A stretch of 64,000 bases of DNA. Source: Naegleria gruberi. Its lineage: Eukaryota. The translations under genes were made by a program, and so were the position numbers. The stretch lies in the NCBI GenBank assembly GCA_000004985.1, contig GG738921.1, one strand, 5' to 3'. This document shows, one piece after another, positions 11,989-24,434 of this stretch (within the stretch, counting starts at the first letter, position 1; every line of letters begins with the position of its first letter). The notes under the pieces were generated by a model. It was not told the origin of the DNA. It saw only the letters and a program-made list of their open reading frames with translations, and did no database searches.

Positions 11989-13740
11989 ATGATGGATTCA
12001 ACAACGCCGTTGTCTTCATCACCAACCCCAAAAACTACAACAAAACAGGAAAATGGCGGGAAGACGATACAAAAAACTGCCAGCAAGATAAACTGCCTGA
12101 GTCCTCTGAGTCCAACCTCACCAGCAGCAACAGCAAACGGTTCTTCATCCTTTATGAATGAGGGAGTGGATGGTGATTCGGTCTCATCGACTGGTTCTGG
12201 AGGTTCATCATCTAAGAGAAAAAAGCACAAATTTCAAGCGAGGGATTATTGTTTGGTTTTTGAAGAGGCTATCAAGGATGTAGAGTGCATGGATATATTT
12301 AAATCATTTCTGAAGAATTGTTCATCGGAGGAGATGCTTGAATTTATACAAGAATATGATAGATATGAAAAAGTGTACAAATTGAAAAAGTTGAGTTATT
12401 TTGTAAGCCCCTTGCGAAGAAGATCAATTACTTCTGGTGGGAGTGCTACTAGTGGAGAGAGTTATCATTCAAATGTGACGACAACAGCCAGTTGTGTGAG
12501 TAATGTGAGTGATTTGTCGGTTGACTGGAATCAACTCAAGCAAGGTGTGGTAGAATTGAAAGAGAGTGCTTTGAGTATTATTGATACGTTTGTTTCGAAA
12601 GGATCGAAAAAAGAGATTAACATTGGATCGTTACAGAAACAATCTTTGGAAAGGTTTGAAGAAATTAACAAGCAAATATTGACGGTAGATTTAAAATCAA
12701 CAACCAGCTCGTCACAAGGGTTAGAGACCTTGTTGAATGTATTGGATTTGTTGAATCCATCGATTTTGTTTGATGGAATGGCATTGGCTATTTCTACAGA
12801 TTTAAAGTTTGATCAATTCCCTAGATTTGTGAGAAGTGATGCTCTTTTCAAGTTTTTACAAAAGAAGGGAGAAAAGTATACGAGATCGATAGCCATCAAC
12901 ATTTCGCAAGGTTACGAGATTGATATTCGTTTCAAACCAAGCGATTTGGAGGATAGGATTATTGATGACAAGCTCATCTATTTCGGATTTACAGTAATGC
13001 AGGATACACCAGATTGGGAGTTTGTCAAAGTTACTGACCTCTATCAATTACAATTGTCAAAAACAACTTACTTCTTCGATAATGACAAGAAAGAAAGTGG
13101 TCTAAAATTGCACAAGACGGTTGCCATCTTCCCATTCCCATTACAAGATGTTTGGAATATGGTGTGTAATCCTGAAAATCACTTCAAGTTTGATCCAAAA
13201 GGAAATGAAGATTTCAAAGTTAGAGACTATTTTCCTCCAAATGATCCTATTATGAAGAATCCGTATGCATTGACAGAAATTGAAACAGAACCGAAATTTG
13301 GCCCATTCATGAAGAGAAGACACTTGCCATTCATTTTGTCTACATTCTATGATCATGGATTGCAAGGTTACATTGTTATCTGCAGAAGTTTTAACGATGA
13401 ACCAAATTATCCTGACAGAATTCACTATGAGGGATTTAATTATTCCATTTATTTACCTATTGATGACTACCACTGTAGAGCAATCTTCATTGACTATACA
13501 GATATCAAGTTACCCTTCTCAAATGGAACACTATTTGAAAAGGCTACTTACAAGATTTATTCTGGAGCTAAGATTAAGGGAATGCTAAAAGTAATGAAAG
13601 ATTTGTCTCAAGATGGAAAGAAGAGAATTGAAATGGTTGGAAATGATGAAAGAAATTGGAACAAATCTGTAGAATTACACAAAGAACTTTATCCAGAGAG
13701 ATCATGGTACAATGAATGGCAACGATTGAAAAAGTTCTAG
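11989..13740 (+). CDS. RGS-domain protein with a C-terminal START-like lipid-binding domain.
   Basis: ATG at 11989 lies inside ORF 11926..13740. There is a Ser/Thr-rich N-terminus. The RGS-like segment is ARDYCLVFEEAIKDVECMDIFKSFLKNCSSEEMLEFIQEYDRYEKVY. The C-terminal about 250 aa has a START-like pattern and is paralogous to the gene at 29396-31188. Confidence 0.6.
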   Translation: MMDSTTPLSSSPTPKTTTKQENGGKTIQKTASKINCLSPLSPTSPAATANGSSSFMNEGVDGDSVSSTGSGGSSSKRKKHKFQARDYCLVFEEAIKDVECMDIFKSFLKNCSSEEMLEFIQEYDRYEKVYKLKKLSYFVSPLRRRSITSGGSATSGESYHSNVTTTASCVSNVSDLSVDWNQLKQGVVELKESALSIIDTFVSKGSKKEINIGSLQKQSLERFEEINKQILTVDLKSTTSSSQGLETLLNVLDLLNPSILFDGMALAISTDLKFDQFPRFVRSDALFKFLQKKGEKYTRSIAINISQGYEIDIRFKPSDLEDRIIDDKLIYFGFTVMQDTPDWEFVKVTDLYQLQLSKTTYFFDNDKKESGLKLHKTVAIFPFPLQDVWNMVCNPENHFKFDPKGNEDFKVRDYFPPNDPIMKNPYALTEIETEPKFGPFMKRRHLPFILSTFYDHGLQGYIVICRSFNDEPNYPDRIHYEGFNYSIYLPIDDYHCRAIFIDYTDIKLPFSNGTLFEKATYKIYSGAKIKGMLKVMKDLSQDGKKRIEMVGNDERNWNKSVELHKELYPERSWYNEWQRLKKF

Positions 13741-14260
13741 TCTAGACTAGATAATGATCAACAACCTTGACCTAAATCCAATCACGGAAAAACTCAATGA
13801 GAATGGGCTATCCAAATCCAGATTTGGCCAAATGATTCGAAATGCATTATCTTATCCCTGCTATCCAGAGTTATATTCTACCCACTACCAAAACTAATTT
13901 CCCATTCTCCTACGCAACCAATAGACCTTAATAAATGTTAAAAACAATTTTGCACCTCCTCTTCCTTGTTGTACATTGGAAAGTATTCGAATATATTTTA
14001 CAAAATATCAATAGTACATTCTATTCGCTGTTTCGGCTGTTTCGTAATCTCTCATTTATTAAAAAAGGTGCGTCTTTCAATAATGGAGTTATTAATTTCA
14101 ACTAAATCAACCAGACGAAACAATAAGAAAGCAATTATGAATAATACCCAATGAAAGTCCAAGGCAGGATTTTAGATGGTACGCACTTCATTGGGAGTTT
14201 TCAAAAAACTATTAAAAGATCTTTGTGCATTCTCCAGATTTCCAATATTCAAAAAAAAGA

Positions 14261-16462
14261 ATGAAATTGAAAAGAAACAAGAAGGAAAGTGATTCTAATG
14301 AAATCAAGGACGAAAGGGAGCCAAATATTAGGTTCGCCATGTGGTTTATTGTGAGAATAATGGGATGGGAAATGATTTGGATTGTATTGGGAATGATTGG
14401 ATGGGCTGCGCTTGGTTCCATTCCGGTAAGTATTCGAATGTTGAATTTTATTCGAAAGCTTAACACCTATTATATAGCATGGTAAGTTTGCTAAATGTGA
14501 ATTGCAATTTTTCTAATTACAATGAAAATAGTATTCAATATTTTAATGGGTGAATTAATTAAGGCTGTTTTCTCATCGACAACTGCCAAAACAAGTTATA
14601 CGAATGAAATTAATAATTTAGCCATGTGGATGGCCATTATTGCAGTTATTGCAGCTATTGTCATGTGGATGGGTTTTTCAATGACAAGTTATGCATTTGT
14701 AAGTTTCTTTCGAATAAGCTCAATTCTAAACTTTCTAAATTAGGAAAGAATTGGTGTAAGATTCAAGACAGCTTATATTGAATCCCTTTTAAAACAAGAA
14801 ACTGGTTACTTTGATATGAAAAGAACTGGTGAACTCATGTCTTGGATGACCGAATCAATGGAACAAATTCAAGACAGTTTCAGTAACAAACTCGGAAGAA
14901 TCGTCCAGTTTAGTATCCAAATCATTTTGGGTGTCATCTTGGCCCTTGTCTTTGCCTGGAAAATGGCCATCGCCATGGTTGCCTTCTCTCCATTAATTGC
15001 AGTCTTAATGTTTGCCTCAGGATTCGCCTCACAACTCGTCACTAGAAGAACCATGAAAATTTCCAATGAAGGATCTGCAATGGCCAACGAAGTTATTGGA
15101 GCTATTCGTACTGTTCGTTCTATGGATGCTGAACAAAAGGAAATTGACAGATATAAGAGACAAATGAGATCAGGAAATGCCATGTATGTCATTAAGGGAA
15201 TTGTTTTGGGATCTCCAATTGGTTTTTCTGAAATTTGCATTTGGGGAATTTTAGCATTTGGAATGTAAGTTGAATTTTAATAGAATTTGAGAAATTTTAA
15301 CATGTATTAGGTGGTGGGGAGGTAAATTATTACAAGATGGTGAAATTGAATTCCAAAACATGTTCAGAGTTTTCACATTGCTCTTAATGTCAGTTTTGGG
15401 TAGCTCACAAATTATGAGTTTCCTTCCAGATTTGACACGTGCCATTGCTGCCAGTAAGAATCTCTTAAAGGTCATTCACAGAAAACCAGCCATGAGATTT
15501 GGAGGTGGAATTACCCCAGAAAAAATTGAAGGAAAGATTGAATTTAAGGATGTTTGTTTTTCATATCCAACTCGTCCAAATATTCAGGTTTTGAAGAACT
15601 TTACTTTCAATATCAAACCTGGTCAATCAATTGCTTTAGTTGGTAGTTCAGGATCTGGTAAATCAACCATTGTTAGTTTATTGGAAAGATTTTATGAACC
15701 ATCGAGCGGTAATATTATTTTGGATGGAAATGAATTGGCTGAAATTGATCCACATTGGCTTCGTAGTCATATTGGATTGGTTGGACAAGAACCTGTATTG
15801 GTAAGTTTTTTTATGAACTTTCGAATATTTATATTGTGAAATAGTTTGGTGGTACTATTAAGGAAAATATTTGTTATGCTATTAGAAAGACTTCTATTGA
15901 TCCGTTCCCAAGTGATGAAGAAATTATCAATGCTGCTAAAGCTGCCAACGCTCACGATTTCATTTCCTCTCTTCCAGATGGTTACAATACCAAATTAGGA
16001 GAACGTGGTGTTTCCTTATCCGGTGGCCAAAAACAACGTATAGCCATAGCCAGAGCTGTCATCCAAAATCCTGAAATTCTACTTTTGGACGAAGCCACCT
16101 CTGCCCTGGACACAAACTCTGAAGCTGTAGTCCAAGATGCCCTCAACAAACTCATGAAAGGAAGAACAACCATTGTCATTGCCCACAGATTGTCCACCAT
16201 TGTCGATTCAGACATGATTCTCGTTTTCCATAAGGGTGAATTGAAAGAAGTTGGTACTCATGATCAATTGATGGATTTAGAAGGAGGTCTCTATGCAGAA
16301 TTGGCCAGAAAACAAATGATGAGAAAGGAAGAAAGTTTGGATAAAATACCATCAGTTCCATCCGCCATTGATATGTATAAGGAAGATGAGATTGAGATGC
16401 AACCATTAGAAAAGATTCCAAGTACTGATTCGGCTGATTCGAATGAAGATTCTATGGTTTAA
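14261..16462 (+). CDS. ABCB-family half transporter (TMD-NBD), 5-6 exons: 14261..14425, candidate micro-exon 14478..14481, 14532..14698, 14744..15264, 15311..15800, 15845..16462.
   Basis: Exons are joined by GTAAGT..AG introns of 45-52 bp. The TMD has the ABC-membrane pattern. The NBD carries Walker A (GSSGSGKST), the signature (LSGGQKQR) and Walker B ([12 protein letters not shown]). The reading frame is only maintained if CATG (14478-14481) is spliced in. Confidence 0.85.
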
Positions 16463-16617
16463 TTTCGTAATTTATTAGAAATGTTGAAAGTTTTGTTATG
16501 AACCAATTTTGTAAAGTGTTGTGCTTAGTATTTGAAAATATTAACACAAGAGGGTAAAGAACTTATTNNNNNNNNNNNNNNNNNNNNNNNNNNNNNNNNN
16601 NNNNNNNNNNNNNNNNN

Positions 16618-18629
16618 GTTTCTTTCACTCTTTCGAATATGTCAATCATATCATTCATGCAGTGAAGTTGAATTTTTCTGAAGAATGGCAAAAGATCAGC
16701 ATNTGAATCAATTAACCCTTGTAATTCATCATAAATTTCGTCCAATTTAGGATGATTCAACTCAAGAGGTGATCCTTTCGTTAAATAGGTTTTCTGAATG
16801 TGGATTGCAATCTTCTTTCTGTTTTTTGGTTTCGTCCTGGTGATCCTTTCCACATCCTTGTAGCAGAGAATCGGTTCTGGACAATAAGACCTTCTGGCAA
16901 AGTCCAATATTATCGTAAAGGTCTTCTTATTGGCCAAACATTGTTCCAATCCAGAATCTTGATTCCAATCCACATGTTTCTTATCCGATAACCAAGCATA
17001 CACTATTGGCAATGTTATACTAATCACCACATCCGAAATACTGTAAAACAGCAACACATTTCCATAAGGAATGAAAAAATCCAAAAATTTTGAAAATACT
17101 GGAATAAAACCAAACGCCACAAATATCACAATACTCAATAATTTCAATAACACCAAAACGAGTGTTTCCTTTCTCATATTCCACGTATCTCTATCTGCAA
17201 TTATACACAAAATAATGAGAATTACCTCAACAACAATGTAGAAAAATGTTTCAACTCCAACCAATATAAAAGTTGAATTGGTAATGCCACATCCTCTCTC
17301 CACAGTGAATAATCCACCATCATTAGTAAAGATGGTCGTTCCCTTTCTCAATTTCTGATCCCATTCAATTCCACCCATTATGAGAAATAGAATAACATGA
17401 AGTGAAAAGATAATGAAATAGCACAGTACAATAAAGAGGTTGCTCACGAAAAAGTTTAACACCTTTGCTCGTTTCATTTCCTTTTCAAAATCTTCCCTAG
17501 CTACAGAAAACCCATCACTGTATGTGTATGATTTGACATCGTCATCTGCCATTGAATATTCAGTAACATCAAAATCCACCATTTTGACAGACCGATCAAC
17601 GTCTTTTAAGGAGAAGTTACTAGCTGATTTCTTTTTAAGAAATGCCCTAGGGGAAGTGTTGCTACTTTCATTTCTTGTTAATGCTACTGAACTATCTATT
17701 GAAATATTCGAAACTGGACTAGTTGCTCCACTCGATTCATTCATAACTCCATTCGACTGCACATCTGCATTATTTTGAAACGCCTCCACAATGGTTGTAT
17801 TTGTCGATGTATTTGTTGTTGTATTATTACTAGACTTGCCATTTCCTTTTTTAGTTATCTTATGAGCTAAAGATTCCAAATTCGTTGTCGATTTTCCAAC
17901 CGTTCCACCAATCAACATTTTCATCTTTCTCAAATTCAACAAGTGTAGCAATACCAATCGATAACATCTAAAAATTGCTGGAAGAATCAACGAAGGAGGC
18001 AAGACGAAATAGGTCACCGAATAAATAAAACATGGATATTCTCTCCTACCAATTGCATATCTCAGGGAGGTCGAATAGATAATGAATGCACTTGCGAATA
18101 GTGTAAGAAACATGTAGACTAAACCTCTGGATTGAATGTGTCGAGAGTTTCGTTTCCAATACAAGCCGAAACATGTCAGAATGAAGAGAATGGAATAGAA
18201 AAACATGATTGCAATGGAAAACGAAACTGAAAGCCAAGTTTCTGGACAAATCCCATAAATTACTGTTGCATTAGGTCCGTATCGACTAAAATCGCCCAAA
18301 TTTAGAAGAATCGTATAACATCCATTGAGTGGATCTACAGTTGAATTAGTACTCGAGTTATTGAGTTGTTGTGAAGAGGATGATGAATTATCTAAATAGT
18401 TGTCAGCTTGATGTCGGGTATTATGTACTATAGAATAGTATTCTTTCGAATCGAATATACGAATCAATGAATTCATTTGAAAATTATCCTCTTCGATTGA
18501 CTGCGATGGAATTAATGTTTGATGACTGCAAATGCCGAATACTAGCAGTAGCACTGACAATTTTACAGCAATTTCCCTCAGCCGTTTGAAAGTCTGCTGC
18601 TGGCATTTGACAGGTTTAATTGCTGGCAT
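16618..18629 (-). CDS. Seven-TM receptor-like protein with a C-terminal RGS-like domain. The 3' end is truncated by the assembly gap.
   Basis: ORF 16563..18629(-) has about 7 hydrophobic helices and a Ser/Thr/Asn-rich loop. It is followed by LEQCLANKKTFTIILDFARRSYCPEPILCYKDVERI, an RGS N-terminal consensus. The ORF runs into the N-gap 16568-16617. Confidence 0.55.
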
Positions 18630-19038
18630 TTTTTTTAAGTGATCCTTTCATGCGTTTTTGTTTGTGTGCTTACAGCTGACATCAAACCTCGTTTGTCAGG
18701 TTTTTGGCCAATTTAGAAATTCAAATAGGCTCCCCAAAGGGAATGGTTCTTTATATTTCATCTTAATACTTTGCATCACCAATAATTCCACCTCCACAAG
18801 ACTATTCTCTACATGTGCATTAAACAATTTTAAAGAATGCCTCGTTGAAAAGGAAAATTATTGGAGGAGATAACTTCTACTACAGAGAAGATTTCTTATA
18901 GCGCAGTGTAAGGTTGAGAAGAAAGCCAGTTTGTTTAATGTACGTGGAGTTCGTTATTAACAAACTACACACATTAAGCAATGCACATCTGTTTCAATTT
19001 CTTTGTGGTTAAATTGATATCAATTAATTCGTATTTAT

Positions 19039-19815
19039 TTACATGTGAGAGTTGGATTTGATTCGTTTGATTTCAATGACTGGCTTTGGAACAATAGTTT
19101 GAATGGTGGCAGCTCTACCTCTTGTTGTTGTTGTTGAATTAAATTCGTATGAGAAGGCAGAAAATGAAAGTCTCTTCTTACTAGTAGTATGGAAAGAAGT
19201 GGATTTGAAATCTTGATTGGTGGCAGATTGTTGTGGAGGTGGAGTATTCAAAAGCTCGAATTGAGGAACTAACAGAGTTTGTGAATTGGAGCTCACAGCT
19301 GGGAATGTAAAGTTGCCAAGAGGAGAAATTGGTGGAGTAATTTGATGGAATCTTGTGTTGGTAGTGTGGACAATTGACTTGGAAGGACTCTTTTTGAGTT
19401 TTGGAATCGATGGCTCTACTTCTTGTTGTACCGAAATAATTGGAATGGTCAAGTGAAGATTGGAAGCTTGTTTCATCAGGATTGGTTGAAGTTTTGAAGA
19501 GGAAGCAACCTTTGATATTGGAGAGATGGAAATGGATTTGGTTCTGACGAGAATTGGTTTTGGTAAGGCAGCAACACCCTTAGAAGAAGCAACAGCAGGA
19601 ATGCCAACACTCTGATTGTCCCTCTCATATAAATTATGTAAATCAAGTATATTCTCATGCATTAAAAAGTATCCATTCAAATCCAGCACACAACCTTCAT
19701 ACGATTGTTCAGCCAACATCACAACACATGTCCACACGGAGACCAATAAACCTTTGAGTAATTGCCAGAGTGCGCTATAGCCGATTAAACTAGTTGAGTA
19801 AGAAGTGGAAGTCAT
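19039..19815 (-). CDS. Hypothetical Ser/Thr/Pro-rich protein with an N-terminal hydrophobic segment.
   Basis: 258-aa ORF. No recognisable domain. Confidence 0.35.
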   Translation of the reverse strand: MTSTSYSTSLIGYSALWQLLKGLLVSVWTCVVMLAEQSYEGCVLDLNGYFLMHENILDLHNLYERDNQSVGIPAVASSKGVAALPKPILVRTKSISISPISKVASSSKLQPILMKQASNLHLTIPIISVQQEVEPSIPKLKKSPSKSIVHTTNTRFHQITPPISPLGNFTFPAVSSNSQTLLVPQFELLNTPPPQQSATNQDFKSTSFHTTSKKRLSFSAFSYEFNSTTTTRGRAATIQTIVPKPVIEIKRIKSNSHM

Positions 19816-20463
19816 TCTTTATAGACAACAAAATAATTGTTCTTATTGTTTTTCTTGTTGTTGTTGATTTTTTTTTCTGTTATTGTCATCCAACTTGCGT
19901 TTGACTCTCTTTATGTTGGTTATGTGTTGGAGGAGGAGCTTGAGATGTGTAATGTCTTACTAGAGTTAAATCGTTATAAAAAAACAGAATAAGGACAAAA
20001 GAAAAATAAATTACATGCAAAGAATGATTCAGCAACTTATTTGGAATTTATTTTATGTTGTTATTGCTCAGCTTGATGTTGATAATTTCGGAATGGAAAT
20101 TTAATACTCAATAAGGATTTAAAAATGCATATATCTCCAAAGTAAATTGCACCAAGATAAAATCGACTAATTGAATACTGTATTATTGTGTCCATCTCGT
20201 TCCTTGAACAATTAATATTAATTTGTTCCACAAGAGGTGCTTTTTAGTTGAATCTTGAGAGATAATTTTAATCTCAAATTTCAAGAAGTTCTCCTGCTCC
20301 ATTGGAAGTGAATTAAGACACTCTCATAATTTTTACAAATGCTCCACAGATTCTCATTGTATTAAATGATTTCCCAATCATCATATTCTTCATCAAATAT
20401 CCCAATCACCCGATAATTAATTTATTTTGTTATTAAATTTAAGTATTTTTAATTTTATAAAAA

Positions 20464-21763
20464 ATGAACTCGCTTAGCCTTAATCTTACTTTGCATTGCG
20501 GAAGAGATCTTCCAAAGGTAAGAAGAAATTTCATCACAATTTGATTTTTTAATGTTTTAAAATTCTCTATTGATTTGTTTACCATATGATGATGTTGTTG
20601 TTATTAATTGCATTGAATTTATGATCATCATTTAGGCCGATTTGTTATCTTCGATTGATGCCTATGCTGTTGTTATTGTTCCGATTATTGGAGGACAAAC
20701 CAAAACATTTAAAACAAAATGTGTGCAAGATGACCCAAATCCTGATTGGGAATTTGATTTGTTCTGTACAGATGTGGATGGAACCAGAGATTGTCTTGTT
20801 GAAATTTGGGATGAAGATACTTTGAGAAATGAAAAGGTTTGCACTGCCATACTTTCTCTTGTTGAGTTGAAATCATCAGGCACATGGCTTGGAAAGCATA
20901 TAGTCTTGAAATGCTTATCTGGATTCAAACCATTCAAGGGAGCTAAAGAGTGCTGTATTATCGTATCAGCAAGTGCTCACATTTCTTTTGCTGACCTCAC
21001 TCGCAAAATCACATCTCCAAACAAGTATGTGGATCCATCAAAAAAGACTATTGTCTTCCCTTTCTCACCTCATGGTGACAATACTCAACTCTATATTAAA
21101 ATTTCAGCTGGAAAGAGATTCAAGATTTCGGTTTTGGACACTTCAGAATTTAGAACAAGACTTGTCATGTTTGAAGTTGCTGGAAAGAATATCACTTCTC
21201 AAATTATCAAACTCAAAGAACCAAAGAAAAAGTATGGAATTAGCTATTATAGAAAGATTAAGATGAAGAAGGCTGACATTAAATCATGGACAAGCGTCAA
21301 TCTTTTGGTTTCTAATTGTTCACTAGTTGCAACAAAGGGTGTGGAAGCTATTGTAAATGAACATGGCTGGTATGGATCCATGACCTTTGATCAAGCTAAA
21401 AAGACTTTGAAAAATATTATTGTGGATGAGGAATCTAAGAGTATTTTCATGCTGGAAAACAACTTTAGCTATATGGTGGACTTTGATTCAGACAACTTTG
21501 ACCAAAAGGTTTGTCTCTCTGATGAATACTCAGCTCAAGGATATCATGTCGAGTTTGTATATGCAAAGGGAAATAGATTGAGTATCACTTCACATGGAGA
21601 ACCAAGAGTTCAAACCAATACAAGAGTAGTATATAGATATTCTTCACAAGTGAAAGACTCTGAATACGGCACTCCATTCTTCCAATTCAGTGTTGAACTC
21701 TATCACAAGATACAACCACAACTTTACCAACTCAACAGCTATATTCCTTTAAGTTTGAATTAA
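20464..21763 (+). CDS. C2-domain protein. Exons 20464..20517 and 20636..21763; intron GTAAGA..TTTAG.
   Basis: Exon 1 (MNSLSLNLTLHCGRDLPK) joins in frame to ADLLSSIDAYAVVIVPIIGGQTKTFKTKCVQDDPNPDWEFDLF (C2 beta-sandwich pattern). The C-terminal half has a weak SH2-like start (WYGSMTFDQAKKTL) but lacks the conserved Arg. Confidence 0.6.
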
Positions 21764-24270
21764 ACTTTATTTTGTTGATCTATGAAAAACCTGCTCTTTA
21801 CACATGTATTGGAACATTCAAGCAAGATAGATTGTGTCGAAGGAGTAATCAAGGAAAGGAAATAATCATAATCACTCCTTAGTTCTTCAGATGCGAATGC
21901 AAAATTGAGAGCTGAGGATGAAACAGCCATTCTAACAATATCCTTATCATTTCTTAATCTATTAGATGCGAAAGCTAAAGATGTTGAATCTGAACTGACT
22001 GCCAATTTGACAATTTCTTCTGTATCTCTTATTCTATCAGATGCATACTTTAGCAGCGAACCACTATTCTTCAAAATGAGAAGCATAAACTTTGTGTCAT
22101 CATTTAAATTCAATAACAATTTCTCAATAATATGGCTATCAATACTTTCATGAAACCGTAAAATAGAGGCAATAATTGACTGTGATAGATTTTGTGGATC
22201 TACATGTGCAAAAATTCTACCATGACGTCCACAAGAGGTTAAAATTGTATCCAGTAAATCTTCATCCTCATAATTGAGCATTTCAAAAGAAAAATTGTCG
22301 TATGGGTAGAAAACACCAGAATATATCTTGATGATATTCACGTGACTTGAATTAAAGTAGGCAAGGGATGCTTCTTGTAGCCGTTTCACAAAGGGAAGGT
22401 AAATCTCTCCCATATTGCAAAAAAAGTAATTCGTACCCTTAACTGATTTGGAGCATGGATCCATGCAATAGAGAGCATATTCACCATAATAATCCAATAA
22501 TTTTTCATTGAAATGATCTCCATAGATGGAAATAAAGTATTCTCTATCAAAAAATAGCATTGGATGAGCATATTGCAATGAGGGTTTCTTTTGTGATGGT
22601 GGCCTGAGCTGTTGATGAAGTAAGACAAGCTCGGTCTTGAATTCATCCTTTCCAAAAGAACGACAAATAATCATCTCATAAACTTTTTCCTCTCTAAATC
22701 CTTGTTTCAATGCCATATTTACACATTCCTTAATTATTTCAATGTTTCCCCTTAATGATCTCGAAAAATTTGCAAATGAGAGAGCATTTCTGCTTGTGGC
22801 AAATCTCATAAATTCTGAATTGTTCTTTAAATTATCAGAAGCAAACTCTATTATTCTCCAATCAATATCATACATCTGTTTGACAAATTCAAAGTCATCT
22901 CTCAATTCCAAAGTAGCACACTTAAAAAATGTATAGCTCCTTCTCACCAACAGTTCAATAAGATGATGATTAGATCTTAATTCTTTAGGAAATTGCATTG
23001 CCGTTTTTAAATCAAATGCTGGTAGAATTGATTTGATGAATTCTGCATTCTTCCTTATTGAATCACCAAATAAATTCAATATACTTCCATTTTTAGATAA
23101 AAGTTCTTTAGCAACAGAAATGGAATTACGAATCTCTTTCGATACAAACTCAATCAATTCGTGTTCCCTCTTCAATATTGGTAGTATCAAATCTAAATTG
23201 CTCCTCAATCTCTCAGATGCATATTTGAGGGCTTTTGGGTAGAGTCTTGTGACAATTTGTAAAATCTCCTCGTCATCTACCTCAAAGGATCCATCAAAAA
23301 CATTTTTCAATACACCTAAATCATCTTTGGCATACCTGACTACTTCCTTGATGGTGAAAAATCGTTTTGGAATGAAAGAGGGTGGCAATAGCTCCTTCTC
23401 AACTACCATTCTCCAAAATTCTTCTCCTTGTGGTTGGTAGAGTTGTGAAAATTGCTTGTTGTTATCCTTGTTCATTACCAATTTGAGAGCTAGCTCTGAA
23501 TATATCTCCTTTTTAATCCATTTACATACGTTCAACTCTCCATTCTCCAGTGCAGTGCCTACTATCTCTGGGTCTGCTTTAAATTTTGAATTTGAATATC
23601 TGAGCACTGATCCGTAATATTTTACAGCTTGTAACACCAATTCCCTATTCGACTTGATTTCTTTTGCCTTCTTTTTCAATTCTGTATCATTTCTCAATTT
23701 TTCACACGTCACATATTTGAATATTCTTGTAGTAAACCTAAACAATCCAACAATTCCCAACTCATCCTCATCAGAAAAATCAATTTTTCTCCTCACTTTC
23801 TGCAAATCATTTCCACACTCAGATAAATCCAAAGCAGCTTCCAATAATTCTCTATCAGATCGTAACTCTTTACTGGCAGAACGAAAGCAAACCTGATGCT
23901 CCTTCACCACACTCATCATAAACTGCCTATCACTCGTCAATTGCTGTGATGCATATCTAATCAACCACCCTCTCAACATGATCAATTTCTTCATAAATCC
24001 AAAATCATTATTTTCAATCAATGGAAATCTTTTCACAAAACATCTCACCGAATAATTATCCTCACACTTTTTCAAACATTCAATATATTCCATCTTTTTT
24101 TTAAATAATGCTAATTGATCAATTAATCGGAATTTTCGTAATTTGTGGAAATTAATATTGTGTGAGTAGAGGTTGGAATTCTTGCATGGTTCCGAGAGGT
24201 CATCGAGTAGAATAATAACTGGTTCTCGCCATGATGATGATGGTACCATCATTGGCATGGTTGTGTCCAT
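21760..24270 (-). CDS. DUF4116-like repeat protein (about 20 tandem degenerate repeats of the form LRxDxExVxxAV....).
   Basis: 836-aa uninterrupted ORF with repeats such as LRSDRELLEAAL, LRNDTELKKKA, LRSNLDLILPIL, LRDDFEFVKQMY, LRNDKDIVRMAVSSS. Its stop codon overlaps the stop of the convergent C2 gene. Confidence 0.5.
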   Translation of the reverse strand: MDTTMPMMVPSSSWREPVIILLDDLSEPCKNSNLYSHNINFHKLRKFRLIDQLALFKKKMEYIECLKKCEDNYSVRCFVKRFPLIENNDFGFMKKLIMLRGWLIRYASQQLTSDRQFMMSVVKEHQVCFRSASKELRSDRELLEAALDLSECGNDLQKVRRKIDFSDEDELGIVGLFRFTTRIFKYVTCEKLRNDTELKKKAKEIKSNRELVLQAVKYYGSVLRYSNSKFKADPEIVGTALENGELNVCKWIKKEIYSELALKLVMNKDNNKQFSQLYQPQGEEFWRMVVEKELLPPSFIPKRFFTIKEVVRYAKDDLGVLKNVFDGSFEVDDEEILQIVTRLYPKALKYASERLRSNLDLILPILKREHELIEFVSKEIRNSISVAKELLSKNGSILNLFGDSIRKNAEFIKSILPAFDLKTAMQFPKELRSNHHLIELLVRRSYTFFKCATLELRDDFEFVKQMYDIDWRIIEFASDNLKNNSEFMRFATSRNALSFANFSRSLRGNIEIIKECVNMALKQGFREEKVYEMIICRSFGKDEFKTELVLLHQQLRPPSQKKPSLQYAHPMLFFDREYFISIYGDHFNEKLLDYYGEYALYCMDPCSKSVKGTNYFFCNMGEIYLPFVKRLQEASLAYFNSSHVNIIKIYSGVFYPYDNFSFEMLNYEDEDLLDTILTSCGRHGRIFAHVDPQNLSQSIIASILRFHESIDSHIIEKLLLNLNDDTKFMLLILKNSGSLLKYASDRIRDTEEIVKLAVSSDSTSLAFASNRLRNDKDIVRMAVSSSALNFAFASEELRSDYDYFLSLITPSTQSILLECSNTCVKSRFFIDQQNKV

Positions 24271-24434
24271 CTCTTGCTTTATTTTTTTTAAAATTCTGTT
24301 TACAAAGAATTATTTAATGAAATAATCCACTTCCAAGTACCCAAATGTTCATGACATATATAATAATGATGATGACAGGTTTAAAGTTCCCCAAAATTAT
24401 TTCCATGAACATTTGAGTACTTGGAAGTGGATTC

